Below, piece by piece: positions 11,464 to 22,399 of a DNA stretch of 56,412 bases. Source of the DNA: Dicyema japonicum (Eukaryota; Animalia; Dicyemida). The first letter of the stretch is position 1, and each line of letters starts with the position of its first letter. Position numbers and translations under genes: made by a program. The notes under the pieces are model-generated. The model saw nothing but the letters and a program-made list of their open reading frames with translations. It ran no database searches and was not told the DNA's origin. The stretch covers positions 1 to 56,412 of the forward strand of contig RDEW01000124.1 of the NCBI GenBank assembly GCA_011109175.1. Direction: 5' to 3'.

Positions 11464-12350
11464 ATGTTCAATTTTATCATCTTATACCTTCCATTTGGCA
11501 TTTTGACACAGAAAAATTGTCAAGAAATAAATCAGTTGCAATTTCTGTATTATATATTAATTATTAAGATATTTGATTAATTGTACATTTTCTGGCCTAC
11601 AAGTTGATTCTAAAGTAATATCTTTACGAACCTAATACATTACATTTGAACATGGTTTCAATTTTTCTATTATACAATCGAATGTGACGGATTTGTATTA
11701 AATATTACTTATTATAGTCACTGTTTGGAAGAAAGTTTAAAATATATAAAAAAAAATACTTTTCCATCTACTATTTATTCTTTGTTATATATATTATTAA
11801 ATTAATAGGGATTTGCGACGATGCAATTCCCTCTTATACATCGCAATTGATTTTGCCGAACATTTAACATCACTTAACGAAATGTAAATTTTTTTAATTA
11901 ATGTAGTTACTTTCCACAGAGAATAGAGGTTATTCAAGAATTTAGAGTTAGTTCCAATTATGCTGAATTAAATATGTATTTTTAATTATAATGTAGTTTG
12001 ATTGTGTGCAGGGATTCATTCGGTGTATTCAAGAATTTAGAGTTGGTTCCAATAATGCTGAATTAAATATGTATTTTTAATTATAATGTAGATTGATTGT
12101 GTGCAGGGATTCATTCGGTGATGCAGAGGCGTATGATATTATATTTATCATAGGTATAAAGCTATACGTAATCAATTCATAATTTTCCAATATAATAACA
12201 TGTATATGTTCGAAAGTAATATATTTAGACAATACAGCAAGCAGACAAGTAAAACATGTAATTAATAATGTTATTTCAGACTGCAGTGCCATTGTGAATA
12301 AGTACAATGTAATGGGCTTTTGCGGAGTTACTAACATTTTACTAACTTAA
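11464..12350 (+). CDS. Secreted BspA/LRR_5-like leucine-rich-repeat protein, copy 0 (8 exons, ~210 aa; one TAA and a 95-bp duplication as assembled)
   Basis: GT-AG introns at 11547-11568, 11695-11717, 11784-11808, 11884-11906, 11976-11996, 12131-12153 and 12258-12279. Spliced, skipping the duplication: MFNFIILYLPFGILTQKNCQEINQLQFLYLINCTFSGLQVDSKVISLRT*YITFEHGFNFSIIQSNVTDFHCLEESLKYIKKNTFPSTIYSLDLRRCNSLLYIAIDFAEHLTSLNEIYFPQRIEVIQEFRVSSNYAELNILIVCRDSFGDAEAYKAIRNQFIIFQYNNMYMFESNIFRQYSKQTSKTYCSAIVNKYNVMGFCGVTNILLT*. AATAAA at 12368. Confidence 0.8.
11931..12120. repeat. 95-bp imperfect tandem duplication inside LRR copy 0
   Basis: 11931-12025 vs 12026-12120 with about 3 mismatches; includes a 21-nt intron, so the net 74 exonic nt shift the frame. 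Confidence 0.85.
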
Positions 12351-12404
12351 TTGGTTCTTTTATCGAGAATAAAATTTGGTTTTAATTAATTCAAATTTAT
12401 TATN

Positions 12405-12815
12405 GAGAGATTACGGTACCCTCTTCCATATTTTCCCATACAGACTTCGTCGTGCCTTCTCATGCCAGCCTTGGCATTCCAGTCACCACAGATAAATATA
12501 AGTGCAGATCGATGAACTCGCATATATATATTAGATAGGATTTGATAAAACTCTTCCAACTCATCCATATTTTTGGAAACTCTGTCCATGTGTGGGGCAT
12601 ATACATTGATAACAGTCATCATAGTATTGCTTGTAGATGATAAACACAATTACATAACGGCAACACGATCACTGACTGTCCATACTTTATGCAAGCAGTT
12701 CACTAGGTTCGAGTTAATTGCAAAACCAAGACCGTTAATGTCGATTTTCTGATGGGAGTAGAAGAATCCGGTAGTTACCAATGGTTTCATCGGATCCTAA
12801 TAATTTAATGGTAAT
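12405..12815 (-). mobile_element. 5' part of the junction RTE element (U0/U1 junction)
   Basis: INVYAP...ICGDWNAK endonuclease; nearly identical to 25655-26065 and has the same junction sequence cggatcctaataatttaatggtaataattttatgg. Confidence 0.9.
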
Positions 12816-13016
12816 AATTTTATGGTAAAATTATTAAACAAATCGGAAAACCATGTTAATTGTGTAAATTTAATTAAATTATTTTTTAATTTTATTTATT
12901 TAATCCAACACTTTATTTAATAAAATTAAAATTAATTATGACGACTGTAATCATGTAATAATTTTAATTTCTTGTGGTTACTAGTATATTTATCATTTCG
13001 GTATTTAATTTTATAG

Positions 13017-13788
13017 ATGTTCAGTTTCATCATCTTATACCTTCAATTTGGCATTTTGACACAGAAAAATTGTCAAGAAATAAATCAGGTGCGATATCTG
13101 TATTATATATTAATTATTAAGATATTTGATTAACTGTACATTTTCTGGCCTACAAGTTGATTCTAAAGTAATAATTTACAAACTCACTACATCACATTTG
13201 AACATGGTTTCAATTTTTCTATTATTCGATCGAATGTGCGGATTTGTATTAAATATTACTTATTATAGTTACTGTTGGAAGAAAGTTTAAAATATGTAAT
13301 CAATAATACTTTTCCATCTACTATTTTTGCTTGTTATATATATTATTAAATTAATAGGTATTTAGAACGATGCAATTCCCTCATATACATCGCAATCATT
13401 TTGCCGAACATTTAACATCACTTACGAAATGTAAATTTTTTTAATTTATGTAGTTTCTTTCCACAGAGAATAGAGGTTATTCAAGAATTTAGAATTAGTT
13501 CCTTTGCATTAATAAGTATTTTCAATAATAATTTAGTGTTATTGTGTGCATGGATTCATTCGATGATGCAAAAGCGTATGATAGTATATTTATCATAGGT
13601 ATAAATCTATACTGATATCCATGTTCTCAATAATAACATGTATATGTTAGAAAGTAATATATTTAGACGAAACAGCAAGCAGATAAGTAAAACATGTAAT
13701 TAATAATGTTATTTCAGACTGCAGTGCCATTGCGAACAAGTACAATGTAATGGGCTTTTGCGGAGTTACTAACATTTTACTAACTTAA
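13017..13788 (+). pseudogene. Secreted LRR gene copy 1 (frameshifted as assembled)
   Basis: Same exon/intron layout (intron 1 at 13100-13121, intron 4 at 13431-13453); exon 1 and the last exon are in frame; several 1-7 nt deletions at variable sites; AATAAA at 13805. Confidence 0.75.
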
Positions 13789-14479
13789 TTGGTTCTTTTT
13801 CGGAAATAAAAATTGGTGTTAATTAATTCAAATTTATTATGATTTAAATAATTTCCTGGTTGGCCAACTGAATCACATATCTCTACTCTTGACTTTGAAA
13901 GAATAATTTTATTTAAAAAAATGATGAGGAAATGAATCGAATATTGTGGGTTGTAAAGAACGGATAGGTTTCCTTAGATTTATGAATGACGTGAGCATTA
14001 TCCCAATTAATTTATTTAGTTTTGATCCCTGTCCATATAATTGTAACTTAGTTCTTTCTCAAGATATTCAAGGAATTCAATTATATGAACACAATTTTCT
14101 TTGAGAGAGTCAAGCGTCCAAATTTCTTAAGAATATTCCTTGTCGGAGTATTTAAATGTATTGCTATAACTTCTTTTGTTATCCGGTGTCAAACTCCACG
14201 GATCAACACCCTGAAACAAAATCACACAATAAATGACAAAGGACTTTTGGATTACGAATTCTGAGTCAGTCGCGGTAGAAAATATACCTTCCCCTACAGA
14301 AACTGCTCAAGCCTTCCATAGAACGTCCACGGAATTGTATCCCGTCAATTTATACACTTCGATTTCTTTATTTCATCTCATTGACCACCAAGATGTCGGT
14401 CTTGGAGGCACTAGAAAGTAATACTAGTTCATTATGCCTTTTCCTTAGGGATCAAGCATTTACTAGAACTATTTTTAAT

Positions 14480-15140
14480 CTTTGTTTCAACATTTTGGTG
14501 ACCTTTTGAAGTAATTTTGTATTAATTTTTCCAGCCATAGCTTGATGTTCGGATGTAAGTTGGAATTAAAAATTTTTTGCGTTATGAGTTTCTTCGAAAC
14601 AGAATCATAGGCCTTCTGTAAATCGATAGATTTTAGGGCCGTCCGTAACTGTGTTCTCATGTTAAAGCTGTCAGTAGTAAACTGAGAGATAGAACCCAAA
14701 TGAATCACTGTAGAATTGTCTGTTCTGAAACCATGTTGAAATTCTGGTAGATGTAGAACAGGAGAGATGCGCATTAATACAAGCTTTTCCAGCACTTTTG
14801 ATAAAACACAAGTAATTGAGATGGGCGGTAAGAAGAGGGAACGTCTTTTGGTTTTCAAAGCTTTAGAATTGGCGTAATCAGAGAGTTTTTCCATATATTA
14901 GGTACCGTATGGTAGTTGATAGATTCGTTGTACAGTCTTGATAGATGATCCGTGCCTGAGGTCCAAGGTGTTTGAGGTGAATAATGCAAATACCGTCGGG
15001 ACCACAAGCACTACTGGGACGTAGCAAATTTAATACCTTTGTCAAATATCTAGAAAATGAGGGGAATCTATGGAGAATGAGACCGTCCCCGTGTTTACCA
15101 GTTCTGTTGGAACTTTGAGGACCCAAACGACAGACAGAAC
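14480..15140 (-). mobile_element. Jockey/I-like LINE RT remnant (U1)
   Basis: PISITCVLSKVLEKLVL...FQHGFR...SIDLQKAYDSV; DGICIIHLKHLGP. Confidence 0.85.
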
Positions 15141-15879
15141 CCGGAAAACCGGGAAACTTAGTTAGTAGTTAACGATTAACTTTTTCTAATCCGGTGATCT
15201 TGGGGTAAAAAAAAGAAGTTCTTGGTAACAATGTCTGATAAATTTTCATAGAAAACTGAAAATTTATCTTTTAACCTCCAATTCATCATGTTGTAATGAA
15301 TATGATCTACAATCTAATCGGAATAGTGAAATTAGGTCAGCTGTTAAAGTGATATACCTGTACTTTTATATACTAAGTATTCTAGCAACTGTTAATAAGT
15401 TCATTCTGTAACATCAGAAATAGAATTGAGCTCACATTTGTCTTTTTTATTTGGATATTATGATTAACTCTTATTCTGAACTAAACATATCTATGTCACC
15501 ATCAGAAGACATGAACATTTGTAAGGACGTATCAATTAACGACTACGCAAATCAGAAATCGCAATTAATAGAGGAGAGAGTTACTTGCAATTCTGATACC
15601 ATTGATGTCCTAGAAAACAAAATCCAGGTCATCCGCATATATTATTCTTAGATTGAAGTGGAAAAATTTTAGCTTCAAAAACTTATAGAATCCGATAGAA
15701 ATTATCTGCAGACATAAAAGAAGATACTTCTGGTGTGCAGTTAGATCGCTGGGAGAATTCGAAGAGTAGTTGAGAGATGTTGGAAACTGGGATCACCAAA
15801 TTATTGAGTTAATACTTTTTTGGTAGTCTAGGGATTTAAATAAATAATTAAGTAACCTAGTTGGTCGAAAGGATACTAA

Positions 15880-16440
15880 CCTAATCTTTCTTGGATCTTG
15901 ACCCTGAAGAACATAATCGTATACGGGGATTTCAATGACAGGAATCCTGTTGGTCCACTAATGGTAAATTGTATAAACGAGGGGAGTGTGTCTCGTTATA
16001 AATTTAAACCCTCGTCATTTTAAATAACCCTCTCCAACAAGTATGCACAGTTTTGAGACAAAACGAATCTAAACCACTCCCAGATATCTCCATTTGCTCT
16101 CCGAGCATCTTTCTCTAGATTTCCAGTCGGTGGTGTATAACCTTAATTCAGACCTCAACCTAATATTATGGTAGGTCGAAGATTCAATCAAAGTTGATTC
16201 GGAAAAAAGACTTTCATTAATTACAAACGCTAATTGTGATTAAAATTCAAACAAGAATTTAAATGATGCTTTTCATACTTTTCAGTCAAATATTTACGCT
16301 CGGCTGATTCTCTGAAGAAGACGAAACTCTTGGATTACAGAAACGCTGATTGGAAATTTTTTGCAACACATGTGGACATAAACTTAGCAGATTTTAACAT
16401 AATATGTATCACATTCACGATAATGCAATTTCTCATGTTA
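15880..16440 (+). mobile_element. LINE APE endonuclease remnant (U1; U2 counterpart about 29100-29600)
   Basis: IIVYGDFND, PDISICSPSI, DYRNADWKFF. Confidence 0.65.
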
Positions 16441-17847
16441 CCAGAAAATGATAATCACCATAAATAGTTCAGAGAGTGCCTAAACTATTCCAGACTCGTA
16501 CTGAAACAACAATTTATGGTATACAGCCAGGTGACACAACGCAGGTTACTTTTACACAGTAAAACTCAACTGCACCACTTACACAGAGGCATTAAACGCA
16601 TTGTATTTCTCTGTTTTTAGCTTACCAACCTAGGAATTTTTAGTTATTGGAGGTTATTAACCTGCAATGATTATCTCGTTTTTTAATTCCGCGAGTGATA
16701 CTTTGACAGAGTCTGAGATCTCTAGTCTTCCATAACAATAAGCTCAAACGCCTAGCTAGACATTCGAAGTGACTCATCTCTTAGTTACGTCACCGAAATA
16801 ACAGGTGGGCTTGTTCATATGACTTTGATGTTGTTCATGTGGTTTCTTTCGGTAGAATCATGACAAGTGGTACGGATCATTTACATGGGCTAATGATACA
16901 TGTGCAAATATACCCAATAAGTTTACCTCTGATATTAAAAATAGTTGATGATTTTTTTTCTACCATGTTCCACTGCGTGTTCATTCAAAATAGTTTATTT
17001 TAGGATGGCCTTCAACCTTCCACAGTCGTACTTGCGAAAATAACTTTAACTAAATTTCATCCAAAATCATATTTGTTTAAACTAAAGAAAATGATTCGGC
17101 CACGTGAGAAAGAGCAAATGATCTTTTTTAATTGTCATCCTCAAACTGCGTGACTCCTTAAGACAGATGAAGCCAGGATAAATCAACGACGAAACGGACA
17201 GAGTATTGTAAAAGAATTTTCGGCAAACTAAGAAACTGGGATTTTCAAAAATAATAATAACAACACCGAGACACGATTACACAAACTAACTAATCACGTG
17301 ATCCAAGTATACACTAGCAGAAAACACGTATCGGCCAAAAAACTGGATATTTGTAGTCACGACAGCACGTTCCATAGTTTATGCGTATCATGTCACCAAG
17401 AGGATTTGGTGGCTGAAATAATCCAGAAATACATCGTTCCATGATTTTGAAGGCTCTTTTTCGGCTAGCCTCGATCGTCATGGGAAATGTCGCAATATGT
17501 AAAATAATAAATAAAATAAAGATCAGGAAATCTAAAAAAACTATAATAAATTTTTAAAATTAAAGATTGAATAACATTTTAAAAATGTTAGCGCCGTCAT
17601 CTGGTTCACCATTTCTGGTGGCGCAAGATATAATCCTAAAATATATTAAAAAAGGACCATTAGTCAACAACAATCCCGAGGAGTTCCCCCCCGACAGGAT
17701 TCCTTAAAGTCCGAGCATGATTGTTGAAGGAGGCTGAGAGCAGATGCATTTTTTTCTATAACGGTGTTTTGCTCGTTCAAAAAATATAATTTAAAAGTTA
17801 ACAAGCTATTTATTGAATTGATGTAATGCACTTATTTTAAATAGTAG

Positions 17848-19200
17848 ATGGAATTAAAGCAGAATGCAACAACGATTAACGGGATATAAGTTCAGTACCC
17901 TTACATTCCGTATCACCCATAGATAACCTACAAATCCTCAGTTATTCAATGCATGATGAAATGTATGTCTTGTTTATTATGGCAGAATACAAACGGACTT
18001 TTAGAATGCCAGAGAGGAACCGGGAAAACTTTAACGCTGCCTTCCGCGACATTTCGCGGCATTACCACGTTAAAACTCAACCAGAATACTTGGAACCAGG
18101 GACGGCAATTTTGCAAAAATAAAATACACCTCTCTCACACATTCTCAACTTGTCACGTGGCAGTTGAACTCAAGAGACAATATTGGCTGATTGTATATTT
18201 GATGGGAATATAGTAGAGTGAATACGTGTTGTTGCCTTGAGAGACCAAATATGCATTCATCCTTGCCGACAAACGCGTCGGTCAACATTTACTGACTCAA
18301 AGTGCACGTGCACGTACTTCAACTAGTCGAAGGTAAAATTTTTTGTCAAAAATATTTTATTTATTTTTTTCAAATATCAGTTATTTTTAAAATTATCATT
18401 GTTGAGATATTTTTTTAAATTTTATTTAAATTAATCGTTTTAATCATTTCTTATTTTGCAAAAGTAAAATACGAGGATCTGGCTGAATGACATAATCGAT
18501 ATCATACAGAAGGGAACTGAACTGACGTATTTAAATTTAGTAATACACAGATGCTGCCATATTACCTGGCTAAAAATGAAGGAAAGTGCCTACATAATTT
18601 TTTATTCTTATAACTTCTAATCGACTCACGTGTTTTATGATCTGCTAATGTCTAGTTGAGATCGAAACGTGGCGTTGAATTCAAAGGAAATGTCCTAATA
18701 TTTTAAGAAGTTTATAATTTGGTTGATTTATAAAAAAGAGTGTTTGTAAGAAAATTCAGTCGTTTAACTTTCCTTCATTAATTTTTGCTGTGGCTATTAT
18801 TGAGTAGACTACATTTATGGAATTCTAGAGCGAATACAGGTTGAGAATGTAAACTCTGAGTAGTTGATTACCGATTGGGTATGGGATATATTACTACTTA
18901 GCCATACTGCGAATGAAATGATGCGGTTAAATTGGAAGATATTTAATTGACATTTTTTCTAGTGTTATTTTCACGGTCAATTGTTCAGTTTATAATAGCA
19001 TTAATTGACGAAAAGCGACCTCGATTCGGAGAAACCATCACCTTGGATTTTGGAACACCCTCAATTTTTGAACACTTGGTAGGATCGGTACTAAAGTGGA
19101 AAAGACCCTATCAGGTAAAAAACCTCGATTTAACAAAATTAACATAAAAAATCTTCTCTCCCGAGGGACATCCGGGTAAACCTGGCTCGTCTAATATTTG
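17848..19200 (+). pseudogene. RTEL1: RTEL1-like Fe-S DEAH helicase 5' fragment, unprocessed pseudogene (U1)
   Basis: INGI*VQYPYIPY...VIQCMM | 23-nt intron 17963-17985 | NTNGLLECQRGTGKTLTL; KIKYTSLTHSQL; RDQICIHP; ELT | 24-nt intron 18527-18550 | C.PYYLAK..AYIIFYSYNF; FKGNVLIF*EVYN (dead DEAH). Weaker GKPGS match near 19175. Confidence 0.88.
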
Positions 19201-19989
19201 GTGACCACCCCTCTTTACCAACTACGTACGTAAACTGGATGATGTTAAAGATCCTCTGTTCATTTTGCAACCTTTCCTAATTGATAGAAAACTACCTTTT
19301 TGAATGTCCTTGAATTATTAACTGTTCGTCTAAAATACCAAGACTGACCGATCTATGAGAGCGACCGTCATTCCCGCATTCTATTTAATAGCCGCTGGCC
19401 TTTTACAAGTTAATGAGGATGAGGTTACTTAACTAACTATACAAAAATAAATGGCATTTATCCACTCTGAAATATTTACTGAGTTGGATATATTGAACAA
19501 TTCTTATTTAGACACTACATGAGTTAATGAGATATTAACATGCAATCCTCCTCATTAAAATTATCCGCAATCGAGGACACTGCAATAAAGTTTATTGGAC
19601 CAGACACAAAATCTAGCCAGTTAAAATTTCTTTATCGAATTACAACGGAGACTCTTAAATGCGGATAGTTTACCGACTTGCCCTCTATTCCATACACTAT
19701 CGAAATATTTACAATCATACATATATTTTTGAGCCGATGTCATGTCCAACTTGAAGAGCTGTTCAGGATTCTCGACCCCGCCGGACTCGTCCCTGTGATC
19801 ACTTAGTTAGATGAGAACTTTTATTTCTTTCTCTTTGACCCTGTGATCCTAAAAGCAAAATGATAATAATAACTTGTGAGAATTTAATCTTTCTTCCCAA
19901 ACGAGGTGTAGAAATATTATGTGGGTTTTGAAAGAAATTGCGTAAACTAGACATATTTTGATTAAGCTTAAATTTGCAATGAAATAACA

Positions 19990-20300
19990 AACTCACCAAA
20001 TTTCTGGGGTGAGAAATTTTGTTCAGTTAATAGTAACCCAAATTCGATCTCTAATATTTTGCGACTTAAATTTGGGGGTAAAATATAATTTCCAATCCAA
20101 AAATCCTCTTTTTTTCGAGCTAGTGAACATCGAATTCAGCTTCTCCACCACTCGACCTCACTCACACAATTAATTCTACGTGAATGTCCTAATAATGTTA
20201 GCACTGTCTCAGAATTTAATATAAGTCTAGGAACTCATTTACACGTGGTGCCACTAAGGTCGTCAAGATTTTCATTTAAGACTAGTTTTTCAGTCAGTCA
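19990..20300 (-). pseudogene. Possible WD40-repeat remnant (U2 counterpart about 33200-33500)
   Basis: TVLTLLGHSRRINCV followed by decayed SS..FW-like residues; nothing else recognised. Confidence 0.3.
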
Positions 20301-20939
20301 AGCATGCAGGAGAGTATTCTGGCCTCCAAAATCGGGTTGTTAGCAATTCCCTGACATCTTGAATTACTGGTTTTACAAAATGAACATTTAGAATACTTAA
20401 ACAGTAGATCTGGCAAACAAAACTAATTTTGATCGTTCTTGCAGTACATAAAACCAACTTTCAGTTAATGAGGCAAAAATTCGACGTCCCCTTATAGTCT
20501 GGAATCACTTAGAAAAATCTTTTCATTTGGTCGGCAATTACAATACTTAACTCACAAGGATGATCCTGTGACTAATCTTCTACCCTTCAATATTTGAAAC
20601 GGCAAGGTTTTCGTATTTTTTCTCGAAATATTCCGTAGTGTGATATCTGCTGGTGTTCTTGAATTTTTTCATAAATTGTTACCAAACAGTTTTTTACACG
20701 CTTCTGTGATTATACCTATGACTAGAGCCAGTTTTGTCAATAAAATCAAAAATTAAATGTTCTTAAAAATTTTTAAACTTATAAAAAATTTATTAATTTT
20801 TTGATTTTTATTTTTAAATAAAATAATAGCGTTGATCAATTATCATTATATCTACTGTGGTATGATATCCACTGTTGAGGTATAACTTGCATTTATTATA
20901 CGGCTGAAAAAGTTTTTGTTTTTTTAGACGAAACCATTA

Positions 20940-21470
20940 TCGGGAGCAGAAATACACAGTGTTCGAGTGCGTGTTGGAAAATGTATGTCGCGAGAATTCG
21001 TGACGACAGTGGCCACACATCGAGAAGACACCCTCCCTCCAGTATTGTTCGCTGTATACCTTGAATCGATTCTACGAGATCTGAAATATTAAGGGACTAT
21101 ATTATGGAAATTCTTACGCCGATGATGTTGAATTTATCTCGAGTACAAAGATGCAATCATACTTCAACTGGAGGTAGCACCCTCGCGCCTGGCTAAATGG
21201 TGTGTATTTATGAGCGCTTCGAAGATAGATGTCGTCAATACAAGGGGATGGAACCAGCAGTACCAAAAAACAGGAGGAAGACCATAAAACAGTCTTGCTT
21301 CTTGGGGTCTCCAAAGTCAATGCCAGAAGAAATTTGTTATTTACGGTGACCATGCAAAAGCTTTTCGAAAGGATGGATCTAAAGGCGTCCGACTCAGATT
21401 GTATGAGGCAACCGTGAAACTAACTCTGGAACATGGGGAATCTCGAAAACCGAGGATAAAAATTCGACTA
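20940..21470 (+). mobile_element. RTE LINE RT remnant (U1; U2 counterpart about 34140-34690)
   Basis: LPPVLFAVYLESILRDL...YADDVEFIS. Confidence 0.8.
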
Positions 21471-21913
21471 CTTACAGATATGAATCAACTTCGGTCTTGG
21501 GATTGAAATTGCTAGTAAGGGTGATGTATGGTACAAAAGATGCTCCTCCTGAGCTCTGCTTATTTCTTAATAATTTGTATTAATGCCATGACAAATTTTA
21601 TGAAAGTGTACAACTGAGATAAATAACTTTTTTTATATGCAAACTATATTTCTAAACTAAGATAAAAAACTATTTTTTAATATGCAAACTATATTCTTTA
21701 TAAAACAATAAAAATTAAAGCATTAAAATTACTAGTTAAAGCAATATGAAAACCAGTTTTCTAGGTATCAGAACAAAGGGTAATCCCAACCAACACGGGG
21801 TACCAGAAGCCATTGCTGTGATCGCAGCCACAACCATTAAATGTCATTAAATCAGATTTAGAAATACAGCATACCTTATGAAAGATTTAATTGCAAGAGA
21901 CTCTTTTATAATA

Positions 21914-22110
21914 TACAGGGTGACTTAGTGGTTAGGTGTCGGGCTTAAGTGGCTTAGGCTATTGGTTCGAATTTCGCTGCTGTTCACCTGGTGGAAGGTT
22001 CCACGCATCTACGATGCAGAAAGGGTTTGACGAGTGACGCCGTCATCAGTGAATACTCACTGCGGAACTGGATAGTCTAGAAAGGACACTCACACAAGAA
22101 AAAGAAAAAA
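21914..22110 (+). mobile_element. tRNA-derived SINE
   Basis: A box TGACTTAGTGG at 21921-21931, B box GGTTCGAATTT at 21964-21974, ~130-nt body, A-rich tail; homologous to 37491-37697 and 53632-53803. Confidence 0.8.
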
Positions 22111-22399
22111 GTAGAACTTCAAAAGAAGTGAAGTTCTACGATTAGTTAAAATTAACTGTTCTTTACTTTTATGGTTATCTTAAATTCTTAAAACTCAGGT
22201 TTCGCAATATATGAAGCGATAGCTAAAAACTGACACACATAATGAAATGTCCTCGAAATAATTACTTTTCCCATTAGCCACACCTTATCGGCATGTTAGT
22301 TTCTGTCCTTACGTAATTTAAATCAAGAACCATTATTCACATAATCTCCGTCAAAATGTTCGTTTCGGGATTGTGGCGAGTAACGGAGAATTTTAATTA

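Larger units (their letters stand above)
11165..12403. repeat. Array unit U0 (partial; ends at the single N at 12404)
   Basis: Colinear with 12816-13840 and 26066-27100, starting at aattttatggtaaaattattaaacaaatcgg. Has its own private 97-bp and 95-bp duplications. Confidence 0.9.

Noticed and set aside
11618-11638. U12-type AT-AC intron (ATATCTTT...TAC) in LRR copy 0
   Set aside because: The 5' motif is not kept in U1 or U2, and 19-21 nt is implausibly short for the minor spliceosome; kept only as the GT-AC ambiguity.
10394-12120. CRISPR-like array
   Set aside because: Simple tandem duplications with no repeat-spacer pattern, in a eukaryotic context.
13900-14450. Penelope GIY-YIG remnant or novel gene
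   Set aside because: Only vague motif resemblance in different frames; not supportable by eye.
15451-15651. 66-aa ORF conserved in both units (also 28691-28891)
   Set aside because: Conservation reflects the recent duplication; its 3' end is the antisense of a YADDLDF RT remnant.
16840-17150. An ~88-aa spliced ORF using a 27-nt intron (about 16978-17004)
   Set aside because: A single candidate intron, no recognisable domain and competing frames; could be chance in AT-rich DNA.
2180-18760. Stop-codon reassignment (TAA/TAG as Gln/Glu), suggested by stops in the dynein, RTEL1 and LRR frames
   Set aside because: The SoxB ORF and the long CRE and RTE ORFs have no in-frame TAA/TAG and several end in TAA. 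The stop-rich regions also have frameshifts, so ordinary AT-biased decay explains them.
21914-21985. Functional tRNA gene
   Set aside because: A and B boxes are present but the acceptor and anticodon stems do not pair properly, and a shared body with an A-tail follows; called a SINE.
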